NCBI RefSeq assembly: GCF_006345805.1
Contig: NC_043009.1
Coordinates: 5,518,001 to 5,582,000 of the forward strand
Length of the DNA stretch: 64,000 nt
Reading direction: 5' to 3'
Origin: Octopus sinensis
Taxonomy: Eukaryota
Below the pieces are notes generated by a model that searched no databases, was not told the DNA's origin, and saw only the letters and a program-made list of their open reading frames with translations. How positions within the stretch are numbered: position 1 is the first letter of the stretch; each line of letters starts with the position of its first letter. This document shows positions 12,600 through 26,926 of this stretch, in pieces. The translations under genes were made by a program, and so were the position numbers.

Positions 12600-15110
12600 A
12601 GCCATCTGAATACAGGAAAAGGGTTACCTGTTTCATGAAGATTAGATCCCCATCCGGAAATGCCGACATCATGAACAACGCTCAATGCGTTTTGAATACT
12701 GTAAAGGCTATAAGACCTAACATGCACAGCAGCAACTGAGACTACGAAGTCGTAGCTAATAGGACGTGAAATAGTGGGTGTTCTACTTACGTCCTCACGT
12801 CGAATTACATCTAACACCTATAGGGCCTGGTGATGAAAGATCCAAACAAATGAATCCAGGCCTTGGCAATGGGTATGGATGTTGTAGTCACCACTATGAG
12901 ACTGTCCATGAATGGCGACCTCCCCTGCTAAAGATGAGGATAACTGCTTTAAGATTAGAAAAAAAAGCTCGTGAAAAAGCTGAAGCAACCTTTTCAACCG
13001 GGGCTGATCTAGTTCTATTCAGTTGCGTAAGGCACACAAGAACAGATTGCCGAAAGTTAATGTTATGTCCCATGTAACATGAAAACCAAGTTTCCCGAAA
13101 CTATGGTGGTTTTTGCGTGTGACTCCAGTGATATTGATGACATGCCATCCCACATCATTGAACAGTGTTTAGGAAAAATGCTAGAGAACAATACTGTCTA
13201 AGGATAGTTGCTGCTGGAAGGCCAAATGTGTGGGAGCGGCATTCGATTCCTTGCTATACTTCCTGAAAAAGTCAAAACTGATTCTTGGAGAATATCTAAA
13301 ATATCACCTGCCCCAATTTCTGTCTAACTAAATATTATCCTGTACCCAAGGATAATATGGCCATTGAAAATGTATGAAATAGCCTCGAGTAGAGTAGAAA
13401 GAATGGAACAAAGATGCAGTGTGTTTATCAGAAAATGGCTTGGTCTGCCGAAACCACTGAATACAACTGCACTATATGGAAAATCCGTGCTGCAACTACC
13501 AATAACATCAATCGTGGAAGAATATAAGGCAGGAAAGGCAAGGACAGTAATGATGCTAAGGTATTCAAAAGATCAGAGCATCCGGGAAAACCCTCCAAAG
13601 GTACGAACAAGGAGGAAATGGAAGGCGAAAGAGGCAGTAAACAAGGCGATCTGAAAACTAAGGCACGCAGATATAGTCGGAGCGACGCAAGAAGCTAGAA
13701 CCGGCCTAGAGTCGCAAATTTCAGGCCATTTTGCAAGAGCAGTGTAAAATAGATGAAAGAGGCAGTGGTATACGAAGTGAGAAAGGAGGAAGAAAAAAAG
13801 GCAAAATGTACATTTGGTGCAATGCAGTCAACAGGAACAGTGCCTGAGATGGGAGGAATATGTGATCAACCGTAGAGTATCATGGAAAGAATTTGGGCTT
13901 GGGAACAAGCAAGAACATCCTTCCTGATCAAGTCTACCTTCGACGTTCTACCCTCACCGGCGAACTTAGTCCGGTGGAACATAAAAACAACCGATGACTG
14001 TAGATGCGGAGAGAAAGCGACAGTTAGACATGTTCTGTCAAGTTGCAGACTAGCACTAGAAAGATATACATGGCGGCACAATCAAGTCCTCGGCGTCATA
14101 AGCGCAGCACTCAAGGAGAAGATCGAGAGGTACAATAGAGTACCCAAAAGTAGAAAAGCGCAGGAAAGTATACTTCCACAAGGAGGGGAAAGGATATAAA
14201 ACCGGGCCTACAAGTAAAGTATACGAGATAGACGAAAGATGGAAGGGTTACTGGGAGGTGGCCACGGACTTGGAAAGACAAGTAATATTTCCACTAATAA
14301 AAACAACAAAAAGACCGGATTTAGTCCTATGGAACAGAGACCGGAGAGTATGAATTTTACTAGAACTGACAGTACCTTGGGAAGAGAACATCGGTAATGC
14401 AGAGGAATGAAAGGAGAAGAGGTACGAAAAGCTAATCGAAGAATGCAGAGAACAGGGATGGAATGTCGAATATTATCACCTGGCAGTTGGGGCTAGAGGC
14501 TTCATTGAAAGGAAAATAACAACGCTTTTCAAAAGAAGATTTGTTTTTTCTAGCTCCGAGCTGCGAAAACTAATAAGGAGAGTACAGGACGCGGTCGAAA
14601 AAGTCAGCTTCTATATATAGCTGAAGTGGGAAGACCGAAAATGGCTTGAAAGTCATAACATGCCGGCGGGAAATAACATCACTAGGTGAGACAAGCTGAC
14701 ACTAAATCAGCTTCGCTGACTGACAGGTGCCAGTCGTTTAGACAATGCGCGGGCTAAAACTATGTGCCTTCATTAGTCAGTTAAGGTGAAACAGTGTCAC
14801 GTGACAACTAGCTGGGGCTGCCTGCTGGAGTCTGAGGGCAGGTATTTTAAGGGAAAAATTTGACAAGACAGTCAGTCGCCGGCTGACACTCGCTGGCGAT
14901 ACATTGAAGAGGCCAGGGAACAGAAGAAAGAAGACATGCACACAACACCAGAGCTGAAGACACCTCCGAAATAGGGGGGGGGGTGCCACGTCAAATCGGT
15001 GGAGGAGTAGGGGCCGAAACCGGATGTAGTTCCTCCAGATGATATATTGAGCTAACTGGATCCTATAAACGAGATGTGGTGGTAGCAGACTACGAAACAC
15101 GGTTGTAATT
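12600..15110 (+). mobile_element. Decayed HERO-like non-LTR retrotransposon (restriction-like endonuclease type)
   Basis: 13340-14630 translates, with stops and frameshifts, to PRIIWPLKMYE...FIRKWLGLP...STFDVLPSPANL...CRCGEKATVRHVLSSC...YTWRHNQVL...KRPDLVLW...LLELTVPWEEN...VGARGF. This is the post-RT, CCHC and PD-(D/E)xK region typical of the HERO clade. Outer boundaries are approximate. Confidence 0.8.
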
Positions 15111-15849
15111 CATTCCTATGATTGTAATCTCATTACTCACTACGTGTTGGGTCCTGTTGAGGAAGATATGAACTGCTCTGACTGCAACACCAGGTCCGTA
15201 CTGTTTGTCAAGCTCAAAGATCTTCCTTGGATCGCATGTGCCAGATGCAGAGCTGCGTTAGAGCCGTGGTGGAAGCTAAGAGCGGTTACTTTGCTCTAAC
15301 TGTTATCTCCCAGCCATAATCTATTTGCTTCTTTTTTATTTAAAAAAAATACTTTTTTGTTTTGGATGGTATTATTGTGTTTTCTGTTACTTTTATGCAA
15401 ACTGTCCAATTTAGAGTCAACAAACAGTATATACACGTAGAATAACAGCCGAAGTTTTGCTAAAGTTTCCGTCATTAAAATACAGATACAACAATACTAC
15501 GTTAATATAAAAAGTAAATAACTAAATTAAGTGTTGTTTACAAACTGTATATTGTTGAATTCTATTTGTATCCACTTGAAATAGTGACAAATATATTGAA
15601 AACAAAAGAAAGCTGTGACTTAAATTAATTTGTATAACACTTTACGTTATTCGATATTTCCATCATTCCATTATTCCATGTATATTTTTATAAATTTCTA
15701 AATACATATTTACTTGACATAGTATAGTTAACTGAACTTTCGATGTTTCAAGTTACAGAAGTTATTTGAGTGCGTTTTTTTACCGACAAATTGTAAGACA
15801 TATTATATATATATTATATATTATATATATATATATTATATATATATTA

Positions 15850-15979
<130 letters not shown>

Positions 15980-16061
15980 ATGCCGAGTGCTGGGGACACA
16001 AAACTAGTAGTCGGGTTTAACATATAGCCCCACATCGCTGCAAACCTCGATTAAATTCAGG

Positions 16062-16138
16062 CGACTCGCTGATGAAGCCAGCCTTAGCAACATATTCTGT
16101 GTTTTGCTAGAAAGAAGCAGAAACCGCGGTACGAGTTG
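16062..16138 (+). ncRNA. Type I hammerhead fold, copy 1
   Basis: cgactcg-CTGATGA-A-GC...long hairpin...GC-A-GAAAC-CGCG-GTA-cgagttg. 7 bp stem I, palindrome ACCGCGGT. Predicted cut after 16131. Confidence 0.75.
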
Positions 16139-16499
16139 TTAAAGTTATCGGTAAACGTTTTTGATTTTCACTCTCGATAAATTCATCCCCTTTTTGTGTC
16201 CCCAGCACTCGGCATCTTTTTTTAGGAGCCCTTAATTGTATAACCACATGAATAATATTTTTCTATATGAATAATATTTTTGTCTTATGACTAATTCGTC
16301 TTTTGCTGGGCACCTGGTAGTAAATAATATTACTACCCTTCTTGCTTATATTCGCATACTACTGATGATTTATCGTAAAATTCTTCCCGGCATGCCCGTG
16401 TAAATGTTGCGTCTGCGCAGAGATTTGAAAAGTTAGATCTGCTAGTAGTCGGGTTTAACATATAGCCCCACATCGCTGCAGACCTCGATTAAATTCAGG

Positions 16500-16576
16500 C
16501 GACTCGCTGATGAAGCCAGCCTTAGCAAACATATTCTGTGTTTGGTAGAAAGAAGCAGAAACCGCGGTACGAGTTG
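16500..16576 (+). ncRNA. Type I hammerhead fold, copy 2
   Basis: Same motif. Predicted cut after 16569. Confidence 0.75.
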
Positions 16577-16932
16577 TTAAAGTTATCGGTAAACGTTTTT
16601 GATTTTCACTCTCGATAAATTCATCCCCTTTTTGTTCCCAGCACTCGGCATCTTTATTTAGGAGCCCTAATTGTATAACCACATGAATAATATTTTTTTA
16701 TGAAAAATATTTTTGTCTTATGACTAATTCGTCTTTTGTGCTGGGCACCTGGTAGTAAATATATTACTACCCTTCTTGCTTATATTCGCATACTACATGA
16801 TGAATTTATTCGTAAAATTCTTCCCGGCATCCCGTGTAATTTTGCGTGCGCAGAGATTTGAAAAGTTAAGATCTGCTAGTAGTCGGGTTAACATATAGCC
16901 CCACATCGCTGCAGACCTCGATTAAATTCAGG

Positions 16933-17010
16933 CGACTCGCTGATGAAGCCAGCCTTAGCAAACATATTCTGTGTTTTGCTAGAAAGAAGCAGAAACCGCG
17001 GTACGAGTTG
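16933..17010 (+). ncRNA. Type I hammerhead fold, copy 3
   Basis: Same motif. Predicted cut after 17003. Confidence 0.75.
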
Positions 17011-17240
17011 TTAAGTTATCGGTAAACGTTTTTGATTTTCACTCTCGATAAATTCATCCCCTTTTTGTGTCCCCAGCACTCGGCATCTTTATTTAGGAGC
17101 CCTTAATTGTATAACCACATGAATAATATTTTTCTATATGAATAATATTTTTGTCTTATGACTAATGCGTCTTTTGTGCTGGGCACCTGGTAGTAAATAA
17201 TATTACTACCCTTCTTGCTTATATATATATATATATATAT

Positions 17241-17959
17241 GGGAATTTACAAAAGAAAAACAAGAGACGAAGACGGGTTTGTAAATGTGTAAACAACAAA
17301 CAAATGTATTAGTTTAACGCTCGGGAAATGAGAAAGTCTTTTACGTTTCGATCCCATGCACTTCAGAAATATACAGGGAGAGAAAATTTTAAAAAAAGGT
17401 GTAGTGGCTTGCAATCTATCATGGCGAATGCCGGACACAGGTGTCACACAGGAGAGCAAGGAAGAAGGGGAGATAATAAATTGATGGTGATCCCGAAATG
17501 CGCGTGCGTGTGTATGTGAGAGCGTGTATGTGCGTGTGGATGGGGGCTGGTGACCTTGACGTGTGTGTGTGCGCATGTGTAGGTGTTTGAATGATGGTCA
17601 GTGCCAGTGTGTGCGGAATGGTGTGGCATGGTATGGTGGTGCGTGGTATTGTGTGGCAAGATGTGGAGTGGTGTTGGCAAGATGTGGAGTGGAGATGTGT
17701 GGCGGAGGCGAGAGTGGATGAATGGTGGGGGTGGGTCGGGGTGAGGGATTGTGTAGGGATGGGGTATATGGGAGTGGGGTATAAGGGACGTGGTTGGCAG
17801 GAAGTGGGTGTGATAGGAATAGAGGAAACAAACACAAATGACCGTCCCGAAATACAACAATATGTTTCAATACACTATCACCCATCAGGAACCTAGCAAA
17901 AGAAATGCATAAATGTGTGTATGTATTTATATATATATCTGTGTGTATTTATATATTTA

Positions 17960-18006
<47 letters not shown>

Positions 18007-18747
18007 TATATATATGGAATTTACAAAAGAAAAACAAGAGACGAAGACGGTTTGTAAATGTGTAAACAACAAACAAATGTATTAGTTTAACGCTCGGGAA
18101 ATGAGAAAGTCTTTTACGTTTCGATCCCATGCACTTCAGAAATATACAGGGAGAGAAAATTTTAAAAAAGGTGTAGTGGCTTGCATCTATCATGGCGAAT
18201 CCGGACACAGGTGTCACACAGGAGAGCAAGGAAGAAGGGGAGATAATAAATTGATGGTGATCCCGAAATGCGCGTGCGGTGTAATGTGAGAGCGTGGTAT
18301 GTGCGTGTGGCTGGGGGCTGGTGACCTTGACGTGTGTGTGTGCGCATGTGTAGGTGTTTTGAATGATGGTCAGTGCCAGTGTGTGCGGAATGGTGTGGCA
18401 TGGTATGGTGGTGCGTGGTATTGTGTGGCAAGATGTGGAGTGGTGTGGCAAGATGTGGAGTGGTGGGGATTGTGGAGATGTGGTGGCGGAGGCGAGAGTG
18501 ATGAATGGTGGGGGTGGGTCGGGGTGAGGGATTGTGTAGGGAGGGGTATATGGGAGTGGGGTATAAGGGACGTGGTTGGCAGGAAGTGGGTGTGATAGGA
18601 ATAGAGGAAACAAACACAAATGACCGTCCCGAAATACAACAATAGTGTTTCAATACAACGCTATACCCATCAGGAACCTAGCAAAAGAAATGCATAAAAT
18701 GTGTGTATGTATTATATAATAATCTGTGTGTATTTATATATTTACTG

Positions 18748-18770
<23 letters not shown>
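17241..18770 (-). repeat. Tandem duplication (period ~774 bp) of a Penelope-derived non-coding element
   Basis: 17241-~17990 is repeated at 18015-~18770 with many small indels. Each copy has a degenerate minimal hammerhead (17336-17369 and 18109-18142, minus strand) and a G-rich tract. Confidence 0.8.
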
Positions 18771-18778
<8 letters not shown>

Positions 18779-19456
18779 ATATAGATATATATATATATAC
18801 ATATTATTTATGTATATAAATATTTATTCACGTTGCGGTGTAGAGTAGGTGTTTGTGTGTTTTGTTGTCTCTGAGGTCCATGGCGGCGGAGCCCAAGCCA
18901 AGTCTACAATAAATCCAAAGACAAAACAAAGTGACAGAAGAATCGATGACAATTCAAATCCAATAAGACCTGGGATATGATAGTTCAGATTCGTGGTAGA
19001 GGATAATCGACACCAAAAGGCAACGATGCTCTATGCAAAACAGGGAGCAATATCCCTCAATAAGTAAGGACGTATACATGCCAAATTTATATGTATATAT
19101 ATATATATATTTCTAGGTATGTATATAATGTATGCATATATGTGACAGTGAGTGTGTGTATTTATGTTTTGACTGTAAATACGCACAGATATGGACACAC
19201 CTACGTATCTATGCTTGCTTGTACATGATTAAATATTTGTATTTACATATAACTACACATTTCCATTTCAGGTATACCCATACATTTCAAGCATTACAAT
19301 AGGAGGAATATATTATATTTTGGGGATAAGGAAATACGCATACGTATTTACAAGAGACATATGCGTTTATGTATGTCTCTCTGTATGTAACTACCTACTA
19401 TACACATACTATATATGTGTATGTGTGTATATATTATATGTATATATATATATATA

Positions 19457-19487
<31 letters not shown>

Positions 19488-19547
19488 TATGTATATATTT
19501 AAATATATATATATGTATGTGTATATATTTCTATATATATATATTTC

Positions 19548-19585
<38 letters not shown>

Positions 19586-20611
19586 TATATATATTATATA
19601 TATGCATATGAAGCCTTATTAATTCTATACTACATTTGCGCTATATGACAAGGTGATATTGCATACACCCTTCCTCGCATATTTTCATTCGAGCTATTTG
19701 TTAGGAATCTTATATAAACACAATGTTATGCCTAAGGCAAGGTGACGATTCTATTCTGCTTTTCATGAACGTGTATCCAGATACAACTATATCCATGCAT
19801 ACGTGTGTGTGTCGGTGCATTCGTTTACGTGTATGGAAGTATGTATGTATATGTGCATGCATGTATGCATGAATGAATGCATGTTTGTATGTTTATATGT
19901 GTGTATGTGTATTCGGCTTATTTGCTAATGGGTTTTATTATTAGCTTGTATGTTATAGAGCTCATATGTTTTTTTTGTTGTTGCATGATTTGTTTGGTTG
20001 TCTATTCATAATGTGTACGATATTTGTATTAACGTATAAGGGAGTGGTTGTATATTATATAGCTGGCAGTATTTAGAGAGTGGTTCAAATTTTAATGAGG
20101 GTGTAAGCTTTAAACTTGGAGCTACAAAACTTCGTAGCAATGGCAACAACCGTTAAATAATATACGTTTATATATATATAAGACCGTTCGAAGAGTATGT
20201 ATGTATGTTTGCGTGTGTATGTGTGTGTGTTTGTGGGAGAGAGAGAGAGAGAGGAGAGTCAGTGTGTGTCTGTGTATGTGTGTGAGCGTGTGTGCATTTC
20301 AGAGTTTACATAATTTTGGAAAATGTACAACTACGCAAATGAAAGCAAAACCATATTATATAATCCAATTTCACCGATCTACTTAACGAAATCAATATAA
20401 AGAGAAACATCACTGAATATACACATCGAGACTCATATACCTAAATATTACATGTACATATAATACATACATACATACATACGTACATACATACATAGAT
20501 ATGCATATATACATATATGCACATATATACATAATACACATATATAAATATATGGATATATATATATATGCATGTATATATAGATACACGAATACTCACA
20601 CACACGTTGGC

Positions 20612-20651
<40 letters not shown>

Positions 20652-20799
20652 ATATATAAATATATATATGTATATAGACATATATATATATATATGCATA
20701 TATATATGTATGTATATATATGCATATGTATACGTATATTTATATATATATATATTCATATGTATATATATATATATACATATATATGCATATACACAC

Positions 20800-20838
<39 letters not shown>

Positions 20839-20867
20839 GGCATATATATACATACACACACACACAC

Positions 20868-20911
<44 letters not shown>

Positions 20912-21214
20912 TGCAACATTTTAATATGTACATATTCTTCTACTTTGCTCCATGTTTAGTGAATTACATATAATTTCAGTAATTTTAATGTTATATATTG
21001 GAGAACATTAAGATTCATGGGTATTTAGCTATTAAATTATCTGACTATAACTAAATCATACACACAAAAAAAAGCAAGTACTTTCTCTGCAATTTTTCAG
21101 ATTACACGCGAGTGCATGTATGTTTGCGTTTAGTTACATATAAGCATACATACACAGATATATATTCTTGCGTAAATAGATACGTAATTAGATACAGACA
21201 CACACACAGACATA

Positions 21215-21328
21215 CGTATGTATGTATGTATGTATGTATGCATGTATGTATTTATATGTATGTATGTATGTATGCATGTATGTATGTATGTATGTATGTA
21301 TGTATGTATGTATGTATGTATGTATGTA
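21215..21328. repeat. (ATGT)n microsatellite
   Basis: Seen directly. Confidence 0.95.
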
Positions 21329-21977
21329 TAATCCAATCTGAGTATTGTAAATATATTTTGCAATACAGATACAATATTGGATTAAATCTTGAACTGTGGT
21401 TTTTTTGTAAATGTATGATTATTTTAATAGTTTATTTTACGTAACTTAGTTTCTATAGAAATTAATTTTAACATAAGACTATTCCATTTAACGGAATGGA
21501 GCTTTTAGCATGACAATTCCCAGACCTACAACATATTTCGAGTTTTGATGTATGCCGTATTTAACTTCAAATCACTATTAATAACATGGTTATAACTATA
21601 GCATATTTTAAATATATGCTGACGTTTATGTCTCAATTATATAATTTACGTAAACACATTATATATCAACTATGTTTTCTCAAGAAACTTCCACAAGTAC
21701 TTTTTAGGGAAAAATATTTTAGACTTTTTTTCCACGTAGTTATGCTGTGTTGCATCTATGATCCAAAAACCATTTTTTTTTTTATTTTCGTATGTGAATT
21801 TAATATCTCTACGTATTTCCGTTATAATATCCTTTGCTGAACCACAATGTGTTACCCGTACGCGAACATGCTTACATAGTTTATCCAGCGCTGATTTGGG
21901 TCGACCACAATCACACCCACAAACATAGATAAATGCGCACGCGCCTGCGGGCGCGCACGCGCACACACACAATAAGC

Positions 21978-22135
21978 ACAGGCACGGTTGGTAAGAAGTT
22001 TGCTTCCGAAACACATGGCTCCATGTTCAGTCCCAGTGTGTGGAACATTGGGCAAGCGTCTTCTACTATACCCTCGGGCCGATCAAATCTTAATGAGTGG
22101 ATTTGGTAGAAGGAAACTGCAAGAAACACGTCAGA
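21978..22135 (+). mobile_element. SINE family B, 5' part
   Basis: ggttggtaagaagtttgcttcc...gttcagtcccagtgtgtggaacattgggcaag. Confidence 0.7.
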
Positions 22136-22139
22136 AGCA

Positions 22140-22262
22140 TACATACGTATATACATACATACATACATACATACATACATACATACATACGTACATACAT
22201 ATATATTATTATTAATATCATTATGATTATGATTATGATTATCATTATTATTATCATTATTA

Positions 22263-22333
<71 letters not shown>

Positions 22334-22360
22334 ATCATCATCATGATAATCATTATTAAT
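22140..22360. repeat. (ACAT)n followed by (ATT)n
   Basis: Seen directly. Confidence 0.95.
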
Positions 22361-23396
22361 AACCAAGGGAAAAGTTGGAGATTAAGATGAATAAAAGTGA
22401 AAATATATTCAGAGAAGGGTGTACAAAGAAATTTAAATATTTGAAATATAATGAAAACCCTAAACAGGAAGAATATAGTGTATCATGAAAGTTAAAAATA
22501 ATGCATAAATAATTATAAATACCGTGATAAAAAAATAATTACAGTGATAAATTAATATAAATAATGATAATGATAATGCAGACTTACCCATGCAAAAATA
22601 TGAACAGTGGTGATATGTAAAAAAAAAACCAAGACACCGGCTATTAAAATAGTACAGAAGTGAAATAATTAGCCCCTTCCTGAATTTGGTAAGTTACTGA
22701 AGTAATTTATCACATTTATTTAGTTAAATTAAATTTGGTTGATTTTGTGATGCAAGAGAGGAATTGAAACAAGTGTAGGTCTCACCTTGTCGATGTATTA
22801 ATAAACATTTATTAATCTTATCTCCATCTTCACTCTTGGTTTTTAATATTAATGATATATATGTATGTGCCTATATTTTTAGGTATTCAACCAGTATAAT
22901 CTTGAATATTTTTATATCCTTACCTGTATTCTGAGATATATATATATATGTGTGTGTGCGTGTATGTGTGTGTATGTGTGTGTATGTGTGTGTGTTTGTG
23001 TGGGCACATCATAAATACAGATTCTTGGTGTCATTGAGTACTTCGAATTTACAGGACTCAGAGATCTCCCTAAGGTGCCTTAGCCGCGATCGATGAAGTC
23101 GCAGCTTCTGTTGAGTTACAAATAAAATTTAACACATCACGTTTTTTGACTCACCCTTACGGACCCACTGCGAGATTCAGGTAATCACGGCTGCCTCTGT
23201 AGACAACATGATGACTTTTCCCTAACTAGTCCCTGTGGTGTCCGGGATATCTGGCAGCCCAACAATCATGCCGCACCCTAAGTCAACGGGATTATAGCGG
23301 ACTTAGCACTCTTATTACCATGTAATACGTTTTATATAACGCACGCTCGCACATATTTTATGTATTAGAAGCGTATTTATTCATATATCCCTGCTT

Positions 23397-23548
23397 GTAT
23401 GATTCCCAACCACATGGTTCCTGGTTCAGTCCCTATGCGTGACACCTTGGGCAAGTGCCTTCTACTATGCCTCGGGCCGACCAAAGTCTTGTGAATGAAA
23501 TTGGTAGAGGGAAACTGAAAGAAGCCCGTCGTATATACATACATATAT

Positions 23549-23600
<52 letters not shown>

Positions 23601-23795
23601 TTTGTGTGTCTGTGTGTTTCCCCTGCCATCGCTTGTCAAATGATGTTGGTGTTTATGTCCGCGTCACTTAGCGGTTCGGCAAAAGGAACCGATGGAATAA
23701 GTACTAGGCTTACAAAATGACCTGGGGTCGATTACCTCGACTAAAGGCAGTGCTTCAACATGGCTACAGTCAAATGACTGAAACAAGTAAAAGAG
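23397..23795 (+). mobile_element. SINE family B
   Basis: ttcccaaccacatggttcc...gggcaagtg...cttagcggttcggcaaaag...actgaaacaagtaaaagag. Confidence 0.85.
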
Positions 23796-24997
23796 TATAT
23801 ATATATATATACTCTTATATATATAATGCACGTAAAGAACGCGTATACATAGTCATATGCATGTATAGTTATATTTATGGTAACGCGCAAATTCAGTTCG
23901 AGAGCACTGTACAAATGAGCTTAAGTGATTCAGATTGAAATGTTACATCGCGAATTAAAATCATTTTGTATAAAATGTATTTGTTAAGTAGATTGACAAT
24001 ATCTCCATTTTGAAAGTCTCCAGAGAAGACAATGATAGTTAAAGTAGATCTTGTATTTAAGTATGGATGGCTGGCTGGATTCATATATGTTTGTATGCTT
24101 GTTTATAAGTATGTATGCATATATGTTGTATATATTTGAGTGTGTATTGGTGCGCTCATGTGTGGTTATATAGTGTTAGATATTTATAGTATGCAAATCG
24201 GGCCCTCTACGTCTCCCAAACCTGTAGATTTTTTATGTATATAAACATACTGGCTGGCTGTTTCTCTAGGATAGGGTAAGCCACGTAAACACCTCTGACG
24301 AGACCCCAATAAGCTTCGAAAGCAGGATTAAACATTGTTCATCGTTCTTTCGATCTACAGAGAAGTAGTTAAATATTTACTATTTATCCACAGCATAGAT
24401 TATTAAGGTATAGTTTCTTATTTGTAATGTAGGTAGCATATTGCGAAAACGAAAATCTGGCTATGTGGTGTTATATGCTATAGAATGCAGAAGGTGAAAG
24501 CACAGTGGGAACTGCAAAAATGCTTTCACTCTTCAAATTATTTGTCGTTTCATCGTAGATAAGAATCACCATCATGCAAATTCATGATTTGATAAAACCG
24601 TTTGTAAAGCAATAAAATTACACAAGATGCGTTAATAATACTAATAGGAAATAGGAAACGATAAATAAATGTGCAATTGACTGGAACAATGCCGACTATT
24701 CCAAAACTTCATAAAATTTTCTTTGATCACTGAGGAATTAGTCGCTTTTGTAGCCAAAATGTCAACCAGAGCCGAATGTAATGATAATGGTAGAAGAAAA
24801 TAAGAGAGAACTTAAGAAAAAAAACTTTTTTCATGAAAATGATGCATAAAAATGCTTACAACAATTGCCCGTAAACATAAAACCCAATGCCTCAATGAAT
24901 GTGGCTGGTTGTATATAATTAAGGTATGGAATGTATGTCTGTCTCACTCATCTCTCTCTTTGTATATATATACATAGATCTACACATATATATATGC

Positions 24998-25066
<69 letters not shown>

Positions 25067-26699
25067 CATATATATTATATATACACATATATACATATAT
25101 ATATACGTGGGTATACATGGAAACACACACACACATACAAACAACATTGGTAATCAGTTTAATACAATTAATATATTTTGTATTTGCTATTTTAACATGG
25201 CGAAACGCCAGTCGTTTCAACTAGCATAAGAGTTACACAGCTAAAAAGAAGTTAAATCATTCGAAGAAGCCATTTACTCGATATACAATAGAGCATTAGT
25301 TTTAAAACAAAATATGAAGACTTGCAACAAAGCCATATCATTCGATGCTTAACTTTATATTTTTCCTATTTACATCGAAAATAGCTGTAAGTTCTCTCAT
25401 GTGTGCATATTACAATATGCATATAATGAAGTAAAGGTAACGTACTTCGAGTATAACAATATAGAAATATTTCGGAATTAATTCTGAGAAATCTAAATCA
25501 TGGTGAGTGTATCTATGCATATTTCGAGCACATTGAGAATTCCAATGAACAAATTATCGTAGTTCTGAGATCGATCCCATTATATAGTGGCTTCGCTAAA
25601 TTCATTATGGGATTGTAAAAGGAAAGTCATGTGAAGGTCTCTCGCTTTCTTTCTCTCTGTCTGTCTCTTTCTCTCTCTCTCTCTCTCACTCACACACACA
25701 CACAGGGTAATAGAAGGATCAAAGGTTTTCCAATTTTACTAGCGTATATGATTTGCCTCTGCACGGGACACTGATCCATCGTAGGATTACTCACTTTTGC
25801 CATCTGATCGGACTGGAGCAAGATGAAAGGAAGTCCTTTGCTGAAGAACACAACGCACTAAGGAACAGAAACCACAATCTTACGATCTAAAGCGCAATTC
25901 CCCCAAAACACTAGCGTACGGGTTTTCTTTCATTGCGAGTTTAACTTAATTATTATATTTTGTCCTTGCATCTCAGGCTAACAAAGCAGTACTGCAGATA
26001 GGCTTAAATATATATATATTACATTGCGATAAAGAATTATGCTTATATGATAGACTAAACTCTTGAAAATAATTTCCAAGCATCGTTGCGGTTCAATGAC
26101 TAGAGCCAGCAAATGTTAAAAAAAAAAGTAATTATTATGAAATGATGTATACTGAGCCTCTGTCCCATTTAATATCCTTTCGCATAACGATTCCGCAGTT
26201 TATTGAACCAGAAGCAGTTTGTGATGTTTCTGCTAGAAACTAAGAACACCACCCTCCACCCGTGCTAGACAATGACATTGTTTCTACTGCAATTTGAAAA
26301 TGTATTATGCGTGTACAGATAGAAATTAAATACCACAGTTTTTCGTTAAATATGTTGTGTTGTTTCCAGTTGACGTGTATTTATTTAAATTCCCATGCTA
26401 TTATTTCCTCAAATGCAGTCCTGAAATCAAAATTAAATTGAGTGTGTAAATTAACGAAACGTATGAAAACAACTTATGGTTGAATGAATTTAAATAATAA
26501 CTGATAAAACAATTACTCTCAAAGTCACTGTATAGAACTGCTCCAATGTCAACTAATTACTATGCTTGTTTTGCTAAGCATGGTCTTCGTAAATGTAGTT
26601 TTGTCCATTGCCTATACACACAACTTAAGTTAACAAGTTTCTTAAACTCAAATCTACAGAATAACGTATGTATTGCACAACGTCATTGACAATTTTGGC

Positions 26700-26768
26700 G
26701 TGTCAATCGAAACCGCGATCCTACGACCGCGAGTCTGCTGCTCTAACCACTGGGCCATTGCGCTTCCA
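26700..26768 (-). mobile_element. Isolated tRNA-like SINE head (same head as 1802 and 30390)
   Basis: Reverse complement reads gtggaagcgcaatggcccagtggttagagcagcagactcgcggtcgtaggatcgcggtttcgatt. Confidence 0.75.
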
Positions 26769-26835
26769 CACACACACACCACACACACACCTATACATAT
26801 ATACATACATATACGTACATACTTACATATATATG

Positions 26836-26926
<91 letters not shown>

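Noticed and set aside
12598-12612. 15 bp match (aaagccatctgaata) to 9301-9315
   Set aside because: A match of this length is expected by chance in 64 kb of AT-rich DNA, and the flanks are unrelated.
12730-12800. HDV-like ribozyme 5' of the HERO element
   Set aside because: P4-like hairpin and CTAA are present, but P1, P1.1 and P3 could not be built.
18880-19070. ccATGGCGGCG Kozak-like start
   Set aside because: The frame stops after 10 codons and the other frames are also short.
23086-23107. cgatcgatgaagtcgcagc resembles a 5.8S rRNA motif
   Set aside because: Only ~17 nt with mismatches, and the flanks do not follow 5.8S.
24289-24335. CTGACGAG...TCGAAAGC hammerhead-like string
   Set aside because: No stem III or NUH site can be formed.
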